64,000 nt of DNA from NCBI GenBank assembly GCA_030693145.1, contig JAUYBI010000071.1, forward strand, positions 10,354 to 74,353, written 5' to 3'. The stretch is not shown here. The first letter of the stretch is position 1. More notes on this DNA, generated by a model. That model did no database searches and was not told where the DNA came from. It saw only the letters and a list, made by a program, of their open reading frames with translations. The stretch is from Candidatus Omnitrophota bacterium (GTDB taxonomy: Bacteria > Omnitrophota > Gorgyraeia > Gygaellales > Profunditerraquicolaceae).

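Noticed and set aside
1-64000. Alternative genetic code (stop-codon reassignment) as an explanation for the giant open frame
   Set aside because: TAA, TAG and TGA all terminate the well-defined Tad genes and the ORF6N gene upstream (for example TGA at 1180-1182 and 7967-7969, TAA at 631-633 and 6375-6377). The other two + frames inside the giant region are full of stops. Only one frame is open.
1-64000. rRNA, tRNA, tmRNA, integrase/transposase genes
   Set aside because: No cloverleaf-like or rRNA-like conserved segments recognised by eye, and no transposase or integrase-like ORF. Absence is not proven without a dedicated scan.

Overview
AT-rich bacterial window (roughly 40% GC by eye) with two parts: a Tad/Flp pilus locus (nt 1-7261) and a single giant stop-free open reading frame (8669 to the window end at 64000).

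(1) nt 1-7261 is a Tad/Flp (tight-adherence) pilus locus. It holds a 5'-truncated TPR protein, a DUF192 protein, and a tandem array of 10 Flp-like prepilin paralogs, all with a G/A-Q-S-x-x-E-Y processing motif. Several Flp paralogs carry long C-terminal extensions, up to 371 aa. The locus also has two TadE-like pseudopilins, a TadB-like protein and a TadC-like protein. No ATPase, secretin or prepilin peptidase lies inside the window. An ORF6N-domain gene (7457-7969) follows, then a roughly 700-bp intergenic region dense in short interspersed hairpin and palindromic repeats.

(2) From ATG 8669 to the last base of the window (64000), one + strand frame (codon starts = 2 mod 3) contains no stop codon over 55,332 nt, i.e. 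at least 18,444 codons, and continues beyond the window. The supplied ORF track omits it, presumably because there is no stop inside the window. I threaded the frame by hand and re-verified it at many checkpoints. Recognisable domains along it are:
- N-terminal signal anchor plus a C39-like Cys-peptidase fold
- a P-loop NTPase
- two JAB/MPN-like motifs
- ICMT-like methyltransferase x2
- an LspA-like module
- an M28 peptidase with a Tat-like signal
- a GNAT acetyltransferase
- a roughly 6-kb region rich in N-x-S/T sequons with four near-identical 348-354-nt tandem repeats
- a Pol-beta-type nucleotidyltransferase
- a degenerate GGDEF
- HEAT repeats
- a cytidylate-kinase-like P-loop

The middle segment (about 23.5-34.7 kb) is anomalous. 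The giant frame stays open, yet other frames and the minus strand carry strong independent coding signals:
- two paralogous 50-aa ORFs in another frame with an 18 synonymous : 2 nonsynonymous difference pattern
- a Shine-Dalgarno plus 90-aa ORF after a terminator-like hairpin
- a minus-strand operon of small His-tailed single-TM peptides with SD sequences and an ATGA overlap

The heterogeneous modules in this segment are separated by an in-frame GACGGCGGC (Asp-Gly-Gly) punctuation that recurs 13 times.

This looks like a giant-gene plus Tad-pilus system of the kind reported from Omnitrophota-like lineages (my recollection, not verifiable here), with an unusual cassette-like or overprinted interior. 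No rRNA, tRNA or CRISPR was seen.
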